A stretch of DNA of 64,000 nt, taken from Eledone cirrhosa. Its lineage: Eukaryota. Positions 14,617-28,580 of this stretch are shown here, piece after piece; positions within the stretch are counted from its first letter, which is position 1, and every line of letters starts with the position of its first letter. Under the pieces are notes generated by a model. That model did no database searches and had not been told where the DNA came from. It saw only the letters and a program-made list of their open reading frames with translations. The stretch is taken from contig OZ024743.1 in assembly GCA_964016885.1 (NCBI GenBank), positions 74,276,001-74,340,000 of the forward strand. Reading direction: 5' to 3'. The translations under genes and the position numbers were made by a program.

Positions 14617-15276
14617 AAAAGAAATAGGATTTCGCTTCAAGCATAGCTTTATACAATATGTATAAATATTTCGTATCTTCAAAGAATTACGTTTTAAGGA
14701 AGCCGTAGCTATGCAAACACCGGGGGGGGGGGGGGGGGGGGCTAACGCCCTCTGGTGATGTCCAGCAGAAGCAAGGGGGACAACCGTCTATGCATTTCAG
14801 GCTTAACTGGCCTTCGTCAGCACAGTCCCTCCCACCGCTTGCGACTGCTGGACTAGAAGACAGCCGAGAATATATATTTTTCTCGTCTGTGTAAATGAGG
14901 TGATTAATCTCATTTGCATATGAAGCTGCATAAGTTGGCTCAACTTATAGTAAAAAAGAAATAGGATTTCGGTTCAAGCATAGCTTTATACAATATGTAT
15001 AAATATTTTGTAAATCCATAGAGATACGGTTTTAGGAAGCCGTAGCTATGCAAACACCGAGGGGCTAACGCCCTCTGATGACGTCAAGCAGTCGCAAGCG
15101 GTGGGAGGGACCGTCCTGACGAAGGCCAGTTAAGCCTGAAATGCATAGACGGTTGTCCCCCTTGCTTCAGCTGGACATCACCAGAGGGCGTTAGCCCCCC
15201 CCCCCCCCCCGGTGTTTGCATAGCTACGGCTTCCTAAAATGGTATCTCTTTGGAGATACGAAATATTTATACATAT
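14617..15276. mobile_element. Fold-back element between (TA)n tracts carrying two oppositely oriented hammerheads
   Basis: ~14657-14850 is inverted at ~15087-15276, and ~14617-14760 is directly repeated at ~14955-15080. Confidence 0.8.
15110..15153 (+). ncRNA. Type I minimal hammerhead ribozyme
   Basis: ACCGTC-CTGACGA-AGGC-CAGTTAA-GCCT-GAAA-TGCA-TA-GACGGT: intact core, 6-bp stem I, 4-bp stem II, palindromic helix III (ATGCAT). The antisense twin at 14783-14826 has an imperfect stem I. Confidence 0.88.
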
Positions 15277-15583
15277 ATATATATATATGGGATGGCAAAC
15301 TCTGCTAAGAGTATTGCAATCGCTTGTCAGATTACAGAAAATGGTGCAGTTTTAGGCTACGGCCAGTCCCTAGGACCTGTAACATCATGAACAAGCAATG
15401 CCTGTGCTTTGAAGCTTTTTTAAGTGGTGAAAGGCCTTGCACTCGACCATCCCACTCTCTGAGCATCGAAATCACTGTCCGAAAAGGATAACTTGTCAAC
15501 ATCATCGGATGTTTCCGAATCCGCAGGTTTTTTTCTCAGATTTTCCCTCTCTTAGAAAGATGTTGTGGCTACAACTGGGGGCC

Positions 15584-15614
<31 letters not shown>

Positions 15615-15646
15615 CATACATACATACATACATACATACATACATA

Positions 15647-15786
15647 CATGTTTGCTGCCCCCTCGTTATCGAGTATGGCCATTGCACGAGGAGAAAAAAA
15701 CAAAATAAATAAAAAAGAAAAAAATTAATGAATAAATAAAAAAGAAAATAAAAATTAAAAAAAAAAATATATATATATACATATAC

Positions 15787-15818
<32 letters not shown>

Positions 15819-17829
15819 ATATAGATCCACACATACATACACATATACACACACACACACATACATTAATAACAATAATAATGATAATAACAACAATAAT
15901 AATAACGACAACAACAATAATAATATACATATACATATATATATACACATACACGCACACACATAAGCATATCTATACACACACACACGATAGCAACTAA
16001 CAGCGCTGCGATCGAATGTGGCTTTTTAGCCCAGCCAATGATCTTAAATGTCTTGCACAGAGTCGGCAACCAAAACATTCACTGGGAATAGTCGGCTGTG
16101 GTTGGAGTTCATGTACTTTTGCATGTCGCTTGAGCCCTCCAGCTGATTTACATTCTCTACCACATGTTTGGCAAGCATGATGAGTAGCGTCTCCAACAGC
16201 AGCCTGGTAGTCAACCACTGGTCTTACTTTATGTCTGCGAAGATGACTTTCGAGTCCAGCTTTGCTTAGGCAGAGTCTCGCACAGACGCTGCATCTCAGC
16301 ACCATAGGAGGACCCTCGCCGTCTGAAAGTGCAACAGCAATGCCCTTCCTCACATCCCGCTTTACTTTCTCGTATGCGATTCGAGATGCCCCAAAGGCAA
16401 CTTTTCACTCATATACAGTCTTTCTCCATTTATTACGATCAGCAGCAATATTTTCCCATGTATCAGCAGAGATGTTAGCATCTTTCAAAGAGGCTTTCAA
16501 GGAATCCTTATAACTATTTTTTGGTTTATGTGGCGGTCGTTTTCTTTTAACCAACTCCCCATAAAAGAGTTGTTTTGGTATTCTAGAATCCTTCATCCTG
16601 TCAAGGTAACCACTCCAACGGAGTCGTTGCTTAAGCACAAGAGATTCTATATTATCACACATAGAGCTTTCCAAAATCTCGACATCACTGAGGTGGTCCC
16701 TCCAGTGAACGCCATGGATCCGTCTGAGACACATCTGATGGAAACGCTCCAATTGCTTAAGGTGGTGTCGATATGTGACCCAGGTCTCGCAGGCATAAAG
16801 AAGACAAGAGAGCACACATGCCCTGTACACATTTACCTTTGTCCTCCTGCATATGTCTCGCCGACTCCAGAGTCGCCTTTCTAGCTTTCCGAAAGCATCA
16901 CTTGCTTTCCTAATCCTAAGTGAGATTTCACTGTCAAGGCTGCTGTATCGATTGACAGTGCTTCCCAGGTAGACAAACTGATCAACCACTCCAAGTCGTT
17001 TGCCATACACATAGATGTTTGGTTCAGTGTACTGCTTACCAGGGGCAGGTTGGTACATGACGACGGTTTTCTTGAGACTGACAGTCAATCTTAGGGCAGT
17101 GCAAGCGTCAGAAAATGCATTCAAAATGTGCTGCATATAACTCTGTGTGCGCTACAAGATCGCAATCATCTGTATACAAGAGGTCTCTTATGATTGATGT
17201 AAATACTTTTGTCTTCGCAGCAAAGCGCCTGATGTTAAATATGCTGCCTGAGGTTCGATATTGGATGTAAACACCATGCTCGCAATTCCTGAATGCAATA
17301 CAGAAAACCATTGCAAAGTATATGGCAAACAGGGTCGTTGATGGAATATCCCCCTGTTTCACTCCATTTTTTACTGAGATAAGCTCCGACATGTTACCTC
17401 CGATATTAACCCAAGCCTTCATGTCGTCATGGAAAGACCTAACTAAAGCAAGGAACTTATCAGGGTAACCAAGTTTCTGGAGAACATTCCATAATGCATC
17501 TCTGTTAACAGTATCGAAAGCTTTTGTCAGATCGACAAAATCTGATACAGATCCAAGCCTTCTTCCATGCACTTCTTCTGGAGCTGTCTAGCTGAGAAGA
17601 TCATATCAGTAGTACCGCGTCCAGCACGAAAACCAGATTGACTTTCAGGAAGAACACAATCTGCAATGTGTGTCAGCAGACGGTCCAGAAGCACCCTACA
17701 TAAAACTTTCCCTACGACAGAAAGCAATGATATACCTCTGTAGTTCCCACAATCATTCCTGTTACCCTTTCCCTTCTACAAGACCACCATTAGTGCATCT
17801 CTCCAGTCCTCAGGTACGGATTCATCAGC
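15647..17829 (-). mobile_element. RTE/BovB-like LINE, 5'-truncated, flanked on both sides by (TACA)n
   Basis: ORFs 17527-17727, 17108-17572 (YTDD), 16405-17136 and 15997-16353 (three C2H2-like fingers). Same 3' terminus as the other copies. Confidence 0.92.
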
Positions 17830-17911
17830 ATACATACATACATACATACATACATACATACATACATACATACATACATACATACATACATACATACATA
17901 CATACATACAT

Positions 17912-20900
17912 ACCATCAGTCAACGCGATCAGTCGCATATTTTGGCGTGGGAGACTATTTATTAAATTTAAATGAATACTATCTCCGACAGTAATGCCAC
18001 AACTACAGCCAGGTTGAATAACAGGTTATTTTTCTAACTATCCCTTCTGAAGACACCTTTTATTCGAATTCGTAGAGATATCCGACTAAATACATAATTC
18101 ATTTTACAAGGATTTGCTACAAACAGCATGGCTGAACACAACATCAACAACAAAATTAAGGAAGTATCGAAGACAAATAACAAAGAAGGTAATCAAACTT
18201 TATTCAGTTGTAGCTACAGAAGAAACCGAAATTATAAATCGCATTTCTCTTGGTGTTGCGAACTTAATAATGATTTATTTAATTGTTATAAAATGGCAAA
18301 AAACAATCCATCCGTTGCCTATATGAATAGAATGAAGCTAGACTGGGACGAAATGCACCCAGAGCTAAATTATTTCACAGCGAAACAATTACGCCAACAA
18401 GCGACGTTTGTTGAACGTAAAAATAAGATAAATATTATTAATTGTAAATCCCCCACAACAAACATGGAATCAACAACACGTGCTACAGATCGCCATGCTA
18501 CTAGACTTCCTAGCAGCCAGGTCGAACAGCGCCTTGAAACAACTATGCCTGTAAGAAACTTGACACCGCCTGTACCATCTAAGTCTACCTCGAATGCTGG
18601 GGAAAACACTATCGATAATAATAATAATCGAAGAAATAGTAATAATAATCGAATAAATGTGACACCACGTATACCATCCGAGTCTACCTCGACTGTTGTG
18701 GAAAATACTATCGATAATGATAATCAAAAGTATAAACAATTGAAAATTTCCCTCAACGAAATCTTCCAGAGAGAAATTAACTCATGTATACATATCTCTC
18801 TGGCTGAACGTGTTAAAATGACAATGATGAATAAAAAAACCAAATAATGAAATACTACGTGTTATTGACGAAATAGGGGATGAATATTTACGACGGATAA
18901 AAACCCCAAATTTTGGCAAATCAACGCCTGTTTATATGCCTTAGCAATGACAGTGAAGCATTATCTTGGTGATAGCAGAGATATTAACAAGAACAAAACA
19001 CCACCAAATATACCATCATATATAACTATAATAGAAAAAAGGAGTGCTAACCTACGAAAAAACATAGGACATGTGACAATGCTCCTTACATGCAAACAAA
19101 CACAAAAAAAACCTCACTCCTCACCAACAAAGAGTGAAAAATAAAATAGAGACGATGTTTGGTAACAGTAGAACCACAACTCTCCAATATAATCTGATCA
19201 CCCTCAAACAAGAATGGAGAGCTGTTAGCGAGAAACGCCGATACCTGAAGAAGGTAGACTAGAGAAAAATGCTTAATAAAAGATTCAGACGAAACCAAAC
19301 ATCAGTCTATAGAGATATGAAAGGGCAAAATAATAAGTGTCCCAGAAAGACATAGATTCATTTTGGAGAAAAGTATGGGGTGAAAAGAAGAATTTCAACC
19401 AAGATGCAGTGTGGCTAAGAGAAATCCGAAAGAACTATTGCTCCTACACTACAACAAAAACATACAAAATAAGTGAGGGTACCCTTGAGACTGTGATAGG
19501 AAAACTCCAAGATAAGAAAACACCAGGAAGAGACATGATTGTCGGCTACTGGTACAAAAAACTAATATTCTATCGGAGGTATCTTACTGACCTCTACCAA
19601 CAAGTTCTTAAGGGAGATACACTTATACCAGAATGGTTGACATTAGCACAAACGTTACTGGTCCCCAAGACCAAAGATACCTACTTGGCAAAAAACTACC
19701 GATCCATTGCATGCCAGAACCTGATGTATAAGATGTATACAGCCTGCCTCCAGCTATTCCTCCAAGATCATCACAGATGAACAAGCAGCTGGAAAGAAAA
19801 GGGTGTGGGGATGTGCTGAACAACTCCTAATCAACAAAACTGCGATGTCGGAGGTGTGACAACTGAGTAGGAATATGACTACAGTCTGGCTGAACTACAG
19901 GAAAGCTTTCGATTCTCTTCCCCACTCTTGGATGATAGAGGCCCTCCAACTTGCTAAAGTCCCAGACATTATTGTCAGAGCCATAGAGAGGCTGTCTTCT
20001 TCTTGGGCTACTATCCTAATGTTAAAGACAGAGAGGGAGGACTCTATTTTCACTGATAAAATAAAATATTGCAGGGGTATATTTCAGGGGGACAGTCTCT
20101 CTGTGATATTGTTCATCTTGTCATTAAACTCCTTGTCCTTTCTGCTCAAGAAATGTGAGGGATACATCATTGGCTCACAGGAGGACAGAAATACGAACCT
20201 AACCCATAATTTCTTTGTGGACGATCTGAAACTCTATGCCAAGAACATGGATGGGATGAAGAAAAATCTTGACCTGGTTACAACGTTCTCAAAGGATATA
20301 AGAATGGAGTTTGGCCAAGATAAATGCTCATACATGACTGTAAAGCGGGGAAAAACAACAACCCTATCTAGCAACATTGTCATTAATGGTCTAACTGTTT
20401 CACCGATATCTGGTGAGGAATGTTACAGATACCTGGGGATAGATGAGAACATATCCTATAATGGTATCTGTAATAAAGAACGCGTAAGCAGGGAATACTA
20501 CACCCGATTAAGAAAGATCTGGTCATTGGAACTCTCTGCGCAAAACAAAACAATGGCTCACAATGTGTTTGCTGTGCCTGTCCTAACACCAACGTTTGGA
20601 ATACTCAATTGGACGATAGACGAAATCCGAGCAGTTGATGTTGGAACTCGAAAAATACTGAACACCACCGGAAACTTCCACATCAGCAGTGACATAGACC
20701 GCCTTTACTTGAAACGTAAGCAGGGAGGCAGAGGCCTAACATCAGTCCAGACAACATTTGAATGTCGCATCATATCTCTCCGACAACATCTACGAACCTC
20801 GAAGCGTAGGAGCCCGCTTCTCGAGCAAGTCTATCTGCATGAAACAGATAAGATCAGGAGAGTTGGGAAGGAACTCCTTGAGAGATATTCCCTGTGTGAT

Positions 20901-21990
20901 AATCAAAAACTCACACCCAGGGATGTCGCTCAGCAGTATCGCAGTGAATCCATGGATGAAAAACTGCATGCTTATCAGCAAAAAATCATGCATGGATATG
21001 TTGCCAGGAAGCTCCAGAGTGAGAGTAATTTAGATAAGGAAAGTAGTCTATCTTGGACCAACAACCGCTATATTGGCTCCCACTTTGAAGGATACGCTTT
21101 TGCAATCCAAGAACAGGAGATTTGCACGAAATACCTGATTCACAAAAGAGATAGGGATGCAGGCAAAACACCTAGATGTGATAACAAGTGCAGACTCTGC
21201 AGAAATAATATCGAGGATATCACCCATGTCATCAGCAGCTGTCCAAAGATGTCATCGCGGTACTATCTACCCATGAGGCATGATGTAGTGGCCAAACACT
21301 GTAGAATGCAATCTGTAGAAAAGATAGCCCCGATACATTAAAAGCTACAGCAACGTTGGAAGACATCCATGTACATAATATGAAAGAGCACTGGTGGAAT
21401 CTTCCAGTAAAAACCCCAATAAAATGCAGGCATAACAGACCAGATATTATGATATGGGACAGAGAGAAGAAAACATGCACAGTAGTGGAAATTAGCTGCC
21501 CAGCAGATGCCAATATAATATCAAAGATTAGTGAAAAGGAGAATATTTATGCAGAACTGATGAGAAATCTGCAGATACTCCAGCCTGATTACAACTTCAG
21601 ATTTATGCCTGTGATTATTGGGGCACTGGGATATGTTAGTAACTGCCTCAATACAAATCTTGAGAAGCTAGGCTTCACAGGAACAGAAAGAACACAACTA
21701 CACGTACAATCCATTAATGGAACATTAAAAATATGTAAAACCTTCCAAAAATTTTGCATATTATAACTGTATATACACATGTACAGATACAAAGCATATA
21801 CATATGCACACATATAACTCAAAACATCCACATCCTCACATACAATAACATCCATATCTACATATGCATGCATACATACATATCTACCTAGTTGATGTTG
21901 TGTAAATTCCCATGAGATAGTCTTGTGTCTATGTTAGAAACCGACTCTCTCTCTATTGGTAAAACTTTGTGAAATTATAAAACCAGAAGA
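17912..21990 (+). mobile_element. R4/Dong-like RLE retrotransposon family C, near full-length degraded copy
   Basis: ORFs 18128-21766: N-terminal W..ELN...Y...YM.RMK..W domain, QGDSLS, FVDD, CRLC...HVISSC, RHD, RPDIMIWD..VVEISCP. Starts after (CATA)n and ends at CATACATACAT. Confidence 0.88.
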
Positions 21991-22001
21991 ACATACATAC
22001 A

Positions 22002-22176
22002 TTGTCTATAGAGATATGAAGAACAAAATAATAAGTGTCACTGAAGCCCCATCTCAGAAAGACATAGATTCCTTTTGGAGCAAAATATGGGGTGAACAGA
22101 AGAATTTCAACCAAGATGCAGTGTGGTTAAGAGAAATGCGAAAGAACTATTGCTCCTACACTACAACAAAAACATA
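22002..22176 (+). mobile_element. Internal fragment of family C between CATAC runs
   Basis: Matches ~19305-19465 (SQKDIDSFW...KNYCSYTTTKTY) and runs into (TACA)n. Confidence 0.8.
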
Positions 22177-22226
22177 CATACATACATACATACATACATA
22201 CATACATACATACATACATACATACA

Positions 22227-22258
<32 letters not shown>

Positions 22259-22261
22259 CAT

Positions 22262-25200
22262 GGCGACGGTTGTGGTCAGTGTCCGATAATCGGACGTGTG
22301 TAATTACCGCTTACATGAGGGCAACATACCATATATTGGAAAAAGTTGAGCTACATTACGCGGTAAGATTACATTGAACACTAAGTGTGTTGTAAAACAC
22401 CTATTTATATGAACGATACATACACTTATGATATATGAACGATACATACACTTTAACATATAAATGCAACGTTGTTATATTACATTTGTAAAGAAATATG
22501 CAAGTAACGTTTTCGATTCAGAAACAAAAACATAAGTGTTTGAACTGTGAATATGTTGTGAATATGTTGTAGAACACCTATTTATATGAATGATACATAA
22601 ACTTTAACATATAAATACAGCGTTGTTATATTATACTACATTCATAAAGAAATATAGTAAGTAACGGTTCTTTTTGTTCTCGATTCAAACGTTTCAAGAA
22701 CAACGTTTAAAACACAGTTGTAGAATTAAAAACTAACTGAAAAGAAATATTACCCAAGCTGTGAATAACTTTAAATTTGATTCTGACAGAAATGTGTCGA
22801 AACTTGTAAAGAAGATCATCGACTATTTTGAAAAATAAATACAAAATATTAGTGAATAGCAATAGTGAATAGCATCATGGCAAAACGTACAAGTCTCCTT
22901 CGACCAAATCGCAACTACAACCGTTGTATACAGTGGAGCTACGAGCTTAACAAAGAATTATATGAAGCATACAAACAATCTGAACCCCAAAAGTTCAGTT
23001 TTATGCAAAGGCTAAAAACTTTATGGAACTCCAAACACCCAGAATTAGACTTTTCTCCAAAGCATTTAAATGAACAGGCAAAACGTATCATTAGATGTAA
23101 ATTGATACATCTAACGGAATTGAGTGATACTACAAATACAGCCCTTGTAGACAACCACCCCACCTCCACTGACAGACAAAGAGAATGGCCAGCTAAATCT
23201 AACAGTGAACAGCTCACCAACAATTTTGCTAAAATCCATCCCACTTCCACTGAAGAACAGCGAGAATGGTCAGCTAACTCTAGTAGTAATTGTCACCACA
23301 TCAAAAACGAGGCTGAAATTCATGACTCTACTGTACAAACAGAACACCAAAAACTTGTGGACACCTTACAAGTGATATGGGACGATATATTTCAAGAGAT
23401 ACACAGCCTTAATGTGAGTGACAGACCATACAACACCAGAATCAGTAAAGAAACCACTAAATTGGAATTGGAAGCGGTGAACGAAATAGCTGACAATTAT
23501 CTGAAAGCTATACTATCTAAAGGTGTAGAAACGACATTTGAAACGCTTAAAATTTTGTTATATGTTTCAGCTGTCACAGTGCTATCATATAACAAACATC
23601 TAAAACCACGCAATCAAGATACAAAAAAAAAGCCTGAACCAGCGTGGATGCGAAATTTACAAAGCAAAATTTTGTCCCTGAGACGAAGTATCTCACACAT
23701 CGCAGTCGTTATGAAATGCAACATAGAGAGCAACTTCACACGACACCAGGAAGACCTAAACAAAAGTTAAAGAGACGATTTGGAGATACAAAATTTAAAA
23801 CTTTAAACTCCAAATTACACCAGTTGAAACAACAACTCACAGCTACAACAGAAAGTCTAAAATATAAGTCAACAGCACATAAACGACAAGTGCTAAATAG
23901 ATTGTTTGCCAGAGATCCTAAATCAGTTTATCGCAGCTTCGGTGGCAAAAGCTTAATCTCTGTAAATGACACCCCTTCAAAATAATAGGTTGGGAGCTAC
24001 TGGAGATCTGTATGGGAAACGGATGACGGATTCAACAAACAAACTAATTGGCTAAAAGAACTGGAACAGGACTACTGCCAACATGTCCAGATAAAACAAT
24101 ATTACATAGATGGGTCAATACTGGAAACAGCTCTACAGAAATGTCGAATAGGAAATCACCAGGCCCAGACCTCATTACAGGATACTGGTTGAAGAATTTC
24201 ACTTTCTATCGGCAAGATCTCATACGGCTGTTTACAGAAACCATTAAAGGCACACAAGAACTGCCCAGATGGTTATCAACTACCACTACTCTCCTCATTC
24301 CCCAAAATAGCCAAACCGCCCTTGCTAAAAATTACCGCCCAATAGCCTGCCAAAACATCATGTATAAATTATATACTGGGTGCCTTAACCTGTTCTTACA
24401 GGATCACTGTGCTACCAACAACATCATAACACCTGAACAAGCTGGTGGAAAGAGGGAGGTGTGGGGTTGCATAGATCACCTACTAACTAATAAAATGATT
24501 CAAGAAAAAACAACAAAGAATCGCAGAAACATGACTGTGGTGTGGCTGGACTATCAAAAAGCATTTGATAGTGTATCTCATGGGTGGATTGTTAAGGCTT
24601 TACCGTTATCCAAAGTCCCACAACCACTGGTAGCTGCTGTTGAACGTCTGACCAAGAACTGGTACACCAATTTGATCCTTAGAGGTGAGAAGGAGCAAGT
24701 TAAGACTGATAAGATACATTACCAGAAGGGCATCTTTCAGGGTGATAGCTTGTCAGTGCTACTCTTCGTTCTCTCACTAAATCCACTATCTTACCTACTC
24801 AGGAAACAAGGGGACAAAGAAGTGGTTCCAGAAGTATCTCCCATCTTTTCTTTGTTGATGACCTGAAGTTGTATGGGCCAAATATCAATGACATCAAGAA
24901 ACAATTGGACCTCATTACACAATTTTCAACAGACATCAAAATGAAATTTGGTGAGTCCAAGTGTGCATATTTGGCAGTAAAACGTGGACGAGCTGTGCCC
25001 TCCTCTAGAAATCTAGAGATGAACAGCCTGACAATACAACCTCTACAGTCAGGTGACAACTACAGATATCTTGGACAGGATGAGAATGTCAGATATGATG
25101 GACCCATAAATAAGGAGAGAACCAGAACTGAATACCTCAGAAGAGTAAAGAAAATATGGTCATCAGAACTGTCAGCGTACAACAAATACATTGCCCATAA

Positions 25201-26430
25201 TACTTATGCTGTGCCAATTCTAACGCCAACATTTGGCCTGCTGAACTGGTCATTGCAAGAACTAAGTGAGATGGATGTTAGAACTCGCAAACTTCTCAGT
25301 GTTACTGGGAACTTTAACATCAATCGTGATGTGGATACTTCTCACGCAAGGAAGGTGGCCGGGGTCTAAAATCCATATTAACATCATATGACACCCGGAT
25401 AGTAACACTGAAGCAACATCTTCAACAGAGGAAAAAGGTTGGCAACCATCATGCCCAGGTTTATGAGCATGAAAACAAAAATATCATTAGAATAGCCACT
25501 GATTTGGAGGAGAGATATGGAATAAAGCCTGATATAAATCTCTCACCCAGAGAAATCGGAAGATCCTATCCAATGTTCAAACAAGATGAAAAAATAGACC
25601 AATTTACAGAAAAAGTTGTGCATGGAGACTTGAGACGTAAAACAGCGACCATGGAAGAGATAAACCACTCAAAAAGCCTGGCATGGAGTTCCGACAAGTT
25701 TATGACATCACACCTTGAGGGATATCTCTATTCAATACAGGAACAAGAACTCCCTACCAAATATCTGCAGCACAAAAGGGGAAGGCCATCAGCTGACAAT
25801 AAATGTAGGCTATGTAAAACAAAGATCGAGGAATAAGCCACATTGTTGCCAGCTGCGAGAGAATGTCATCTCGCTACTAGCTCCCCATGAGACACGATGG
25901 GATAGCTAGAACCATCTGGAACGCACTTCGGAAAACAAAATTAACAACAAACGAGGAAGAATATTTTGAGACAGATGGCACTAAGGAATACTGGTGGAAT
26001 CTGAAAATAAAAACTGCCACCAAATTAAAGCACAACCGGCCTGATATTGTTGTTTGGGACCACACATTGAAAACGTGTTCTGTTGTGGAGATCAGCTTCC
26101 CACTTGATGTAAACGTTGTCAGAAAAATACAGGAGAAGGAGGACATCTACAGACTATTGATGAGAAGTTTACAAATCCAGTATCCAAGATACACCGTTAG
26201 CTTCATACCCATCATTATTGGAGCTACCGGTTATATACCAACCCGCTTAGACCAAAGTATGACTGAACTTGGATTTGTGGACAAAGAGCGCAACTCCCTA
26301 ATTCATAGTCTACAAATGGCTGCGATAGCTGGCACCTTCAAAATTTGCAAAACATTCTTGCGATTCAAGGGATGACAATTTATTTTCTTTTACAACCTTG
26401 CCACCAGGAAGGTGGCCGGTCAAAAAAATA
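22262..26430 (+). mobile_element. R4/Dong-like RLE retrotransposon family D, near full-length degraded copy
   Basis: ORFs 22865-26375: WSYELN..LYEAY, KSPGPD, NYRPIAC, QGDSLS, CRLC, RHD, RPDIVVWD..VVEISFP. Begins directly after (TACA)n. Confidence 0.88.
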
Positions 26431-26796
26431 TATTAAGAGAAAGAGATAACATTATATGTCAAAACTGATATTGACATCTAATTGTCTTTGTAGTTTCTAA
26501 AAGCTTAGCTATTGTAATCTAAAATTACAGTGTTCATTATAACTACAACGGACGGTTGGGTAAGCTGTTATTACTTGACATAGGAATAAGTGAATCGAGT
26601 GATAAACGGAAACGATGAAATATATCATTAAGCTTAATATGATGGTAGATTTATTTGATTGAAATGAAACCTTGATGGTATCTTAATTACTGCTTGTCAA
26701 TGAAGTGTTTCCCTTTAGTAAATAGTAAATAGTAAATCAAACGAGTGGAGCATTACAAAATGTAAAGAGGAACGACACAAACAACAGCGGTGTTTT

Positions 26797-26879
26797 TATT
26801 GGGTCTTCAAGTATGAAATTTGTAGAGATTTCTGGAAAAAACACAAATTTCTACAAATTTCATATTTGACGACCCAATA
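26797..26879. repeat. Imperfect inverted repeat (~35 bp arms)
   Basis: TATTGGGTCTTCAAGTATGAAATTTGTAGAGATTT pairs with AAATTTCTACAAATTTCATATTTGACGACCCAATA. Confidence 0.75.
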
Positions 26880-27071
26880 TATTTCAAAGTTTGAATTTTG
26901 CTTTAAGTACAGTATTAATTCTTAGTAAAGATAAATAGTTGAGAAAACTAAACATTAATTCTTAGTAAAAATAATAGTTGAGAAAATTAAACAGATCTCT
27001 TGCAAGAATAAACGTCACATAATATCTGTATGTGTGAAAGTGACGTCCATAAGATTACCCTCCACTACCAA

Positions 27072-27480
27072 CTAACTTAGCCTCCGCCTCTGACACCCAG
27101 CCGTCAGGATGGAGAATATATTGCCCCGAAGGACGGTGAAGGAGTCGCACTGGAACAGCCACTCCCACTCGCGTGACTCGCACCTGTGGGCGGCTAACTC
27201 CGCTCCGATAGCAGTGAGTAGAGATGTGGTCCGGGGGCCAAGAACGCCGGAAGTCTCCACTGCTATAGGCTCCACCTGTGGGCGGCTAACTCCACTCCGA
27301 TAGCAGTGAGTAGGGATGTGGTCCGGGGGGCCAAGAACGCCGGAAGTCTCCACTGCTATAGACTCACACCTGCGGGCGGTCAACATCCTTCCAATAGCAG
27401 TGAGTAGGGATGTAATACGAGGGCAAAGAACGCCCGAAGTCTCCGCTATTACAGGATCTACTACAAAACTATCCGAGAAC
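27072..27480 (-). pseudogene. CRE-like RLE endonuclease 3' fragment with a ~90 bp internal triplication
   Basis: (IAV)ETSGVLGP occurs three times, followed by RE..WLFQ..SFTVLRGN..SIL, resembling the CRE-clade ET.G..G...R....FQR.S...QRGN terminus. Confidence 0.65.
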
Positions 27481-27714
27481 GGCTATATCATATGAAGGCG
27501 GAAGACGATAAAATAAGGTACTGATATAGAAACTTCAATTAATGTAAGCTCGTATATATTTCAATCAAGAGACACCACTACACCTTTAAGAAACGGTAAT
27601 AGACTAAAAGGAATGTAAACAAATAAATATCAAGTTAGCAATATTGTAGATCTAAGTTAGATACACAATTGTACGTCATTAATTTATCTGAAGAGATACT
27701 TTGAGTATTGTTGA

Positions 27715-27925
27715 ACAGTGTCGGCGGTGGATTGCTAGTATAGGTTGGGCGTCGGAAAACATGGTTTATTGTATAGAGTTACCGCCCTTTACGTTCTGAG
27801 TTCAAATCCCGCTATGGTTAACTTTGTCTTTCATCTTACGGGATCGATAAATAAAGTACCAGTAATGCACTGGGGTCGATTCAATCGACTTTCCCCCTCC
27901 CCCAAACATTGTTGGCCTTGTGCCT
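27715..27925 (+). mobile_element. tRNA-derived SINE
   Basis: A-box-like GGCGGTGGATTG, B-box GAGTTCAAATCCC, body AAAGTACCAGTAATGCACTGGGGTCGAT, end TGGCCTTGTGCC. Confidence 0.8.
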
Positions 27926-28214
27926 AAATCTGCGACCATTCTCGAGCAGTGTGGAATAATGGAGAATGTGGTGACGTAGAAGTCATAAACTGATTACGTA
28001 ACACGTTGAAACACGTTATACATTCCAGTGTTTCCAGTATTAAAGAAAGGTGTGTATATATATAATATATATATATATTAGAAAGTGAGGTTTTTTTACA
28101 AAATAACACGAGTGAAGGTATAAAGAAAAACAGATGAAATCGAAAATGCAACTGGAGTCTTATTTAAAAATATATATATATATTTATTTGGTTTCTTTAC
28201 CGGTTTCGAATTTC

Positions 28215-28323
28215 TTCTGCTTTTCAAAAGTAGAGTTGAGATGGAGGGTCTGTGGTTTTTCTCACATCAGATGTGAGAAAAACCACAGACCCTCCATCTC
28301 AACTCTACTTTTGAAAAGCAGAA
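28215..28323. repeat. Perfect 54-bp-arm palindrome abutting a degenerate minus-strand hammerhead
   Basis: One-nt centre at 28269. The minus strand continues CTT-TTGAAAA-...-GAAA-CCGG-TA-AAG. Confidence 0.85.
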
Positions 28324-28329
28324 CTTCAA

Positions 28330-28580
28330 CCGTTAAGGTTGTCTTTTTTCCGGGTATGTCAATATTTATTTATAAAACAAATCTGTATTTTATCTGTTGA
28401 AAGCGCACCATAATTTGCCTTGCTTGCCCTTGAAGTATATATAATAAAATAATTATGGTTTTATAAATATAGTTTCCATTTAGTAATATATTGTATATTT
28501 GATCGACTAACTGTTGAGTGCTTTATAACAGTTATAAAATGTTTAAGCTTGTTGATTCCCAACAAATTAAATATAACCTC

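Noticed and set aside
27181-27455. Possible CRISPR-like or regularly spaced repeat array (also 62183-62326)
   Set aside because: These are tandem duplications without unique spacers, in a eukaryotic context with no cas genes.
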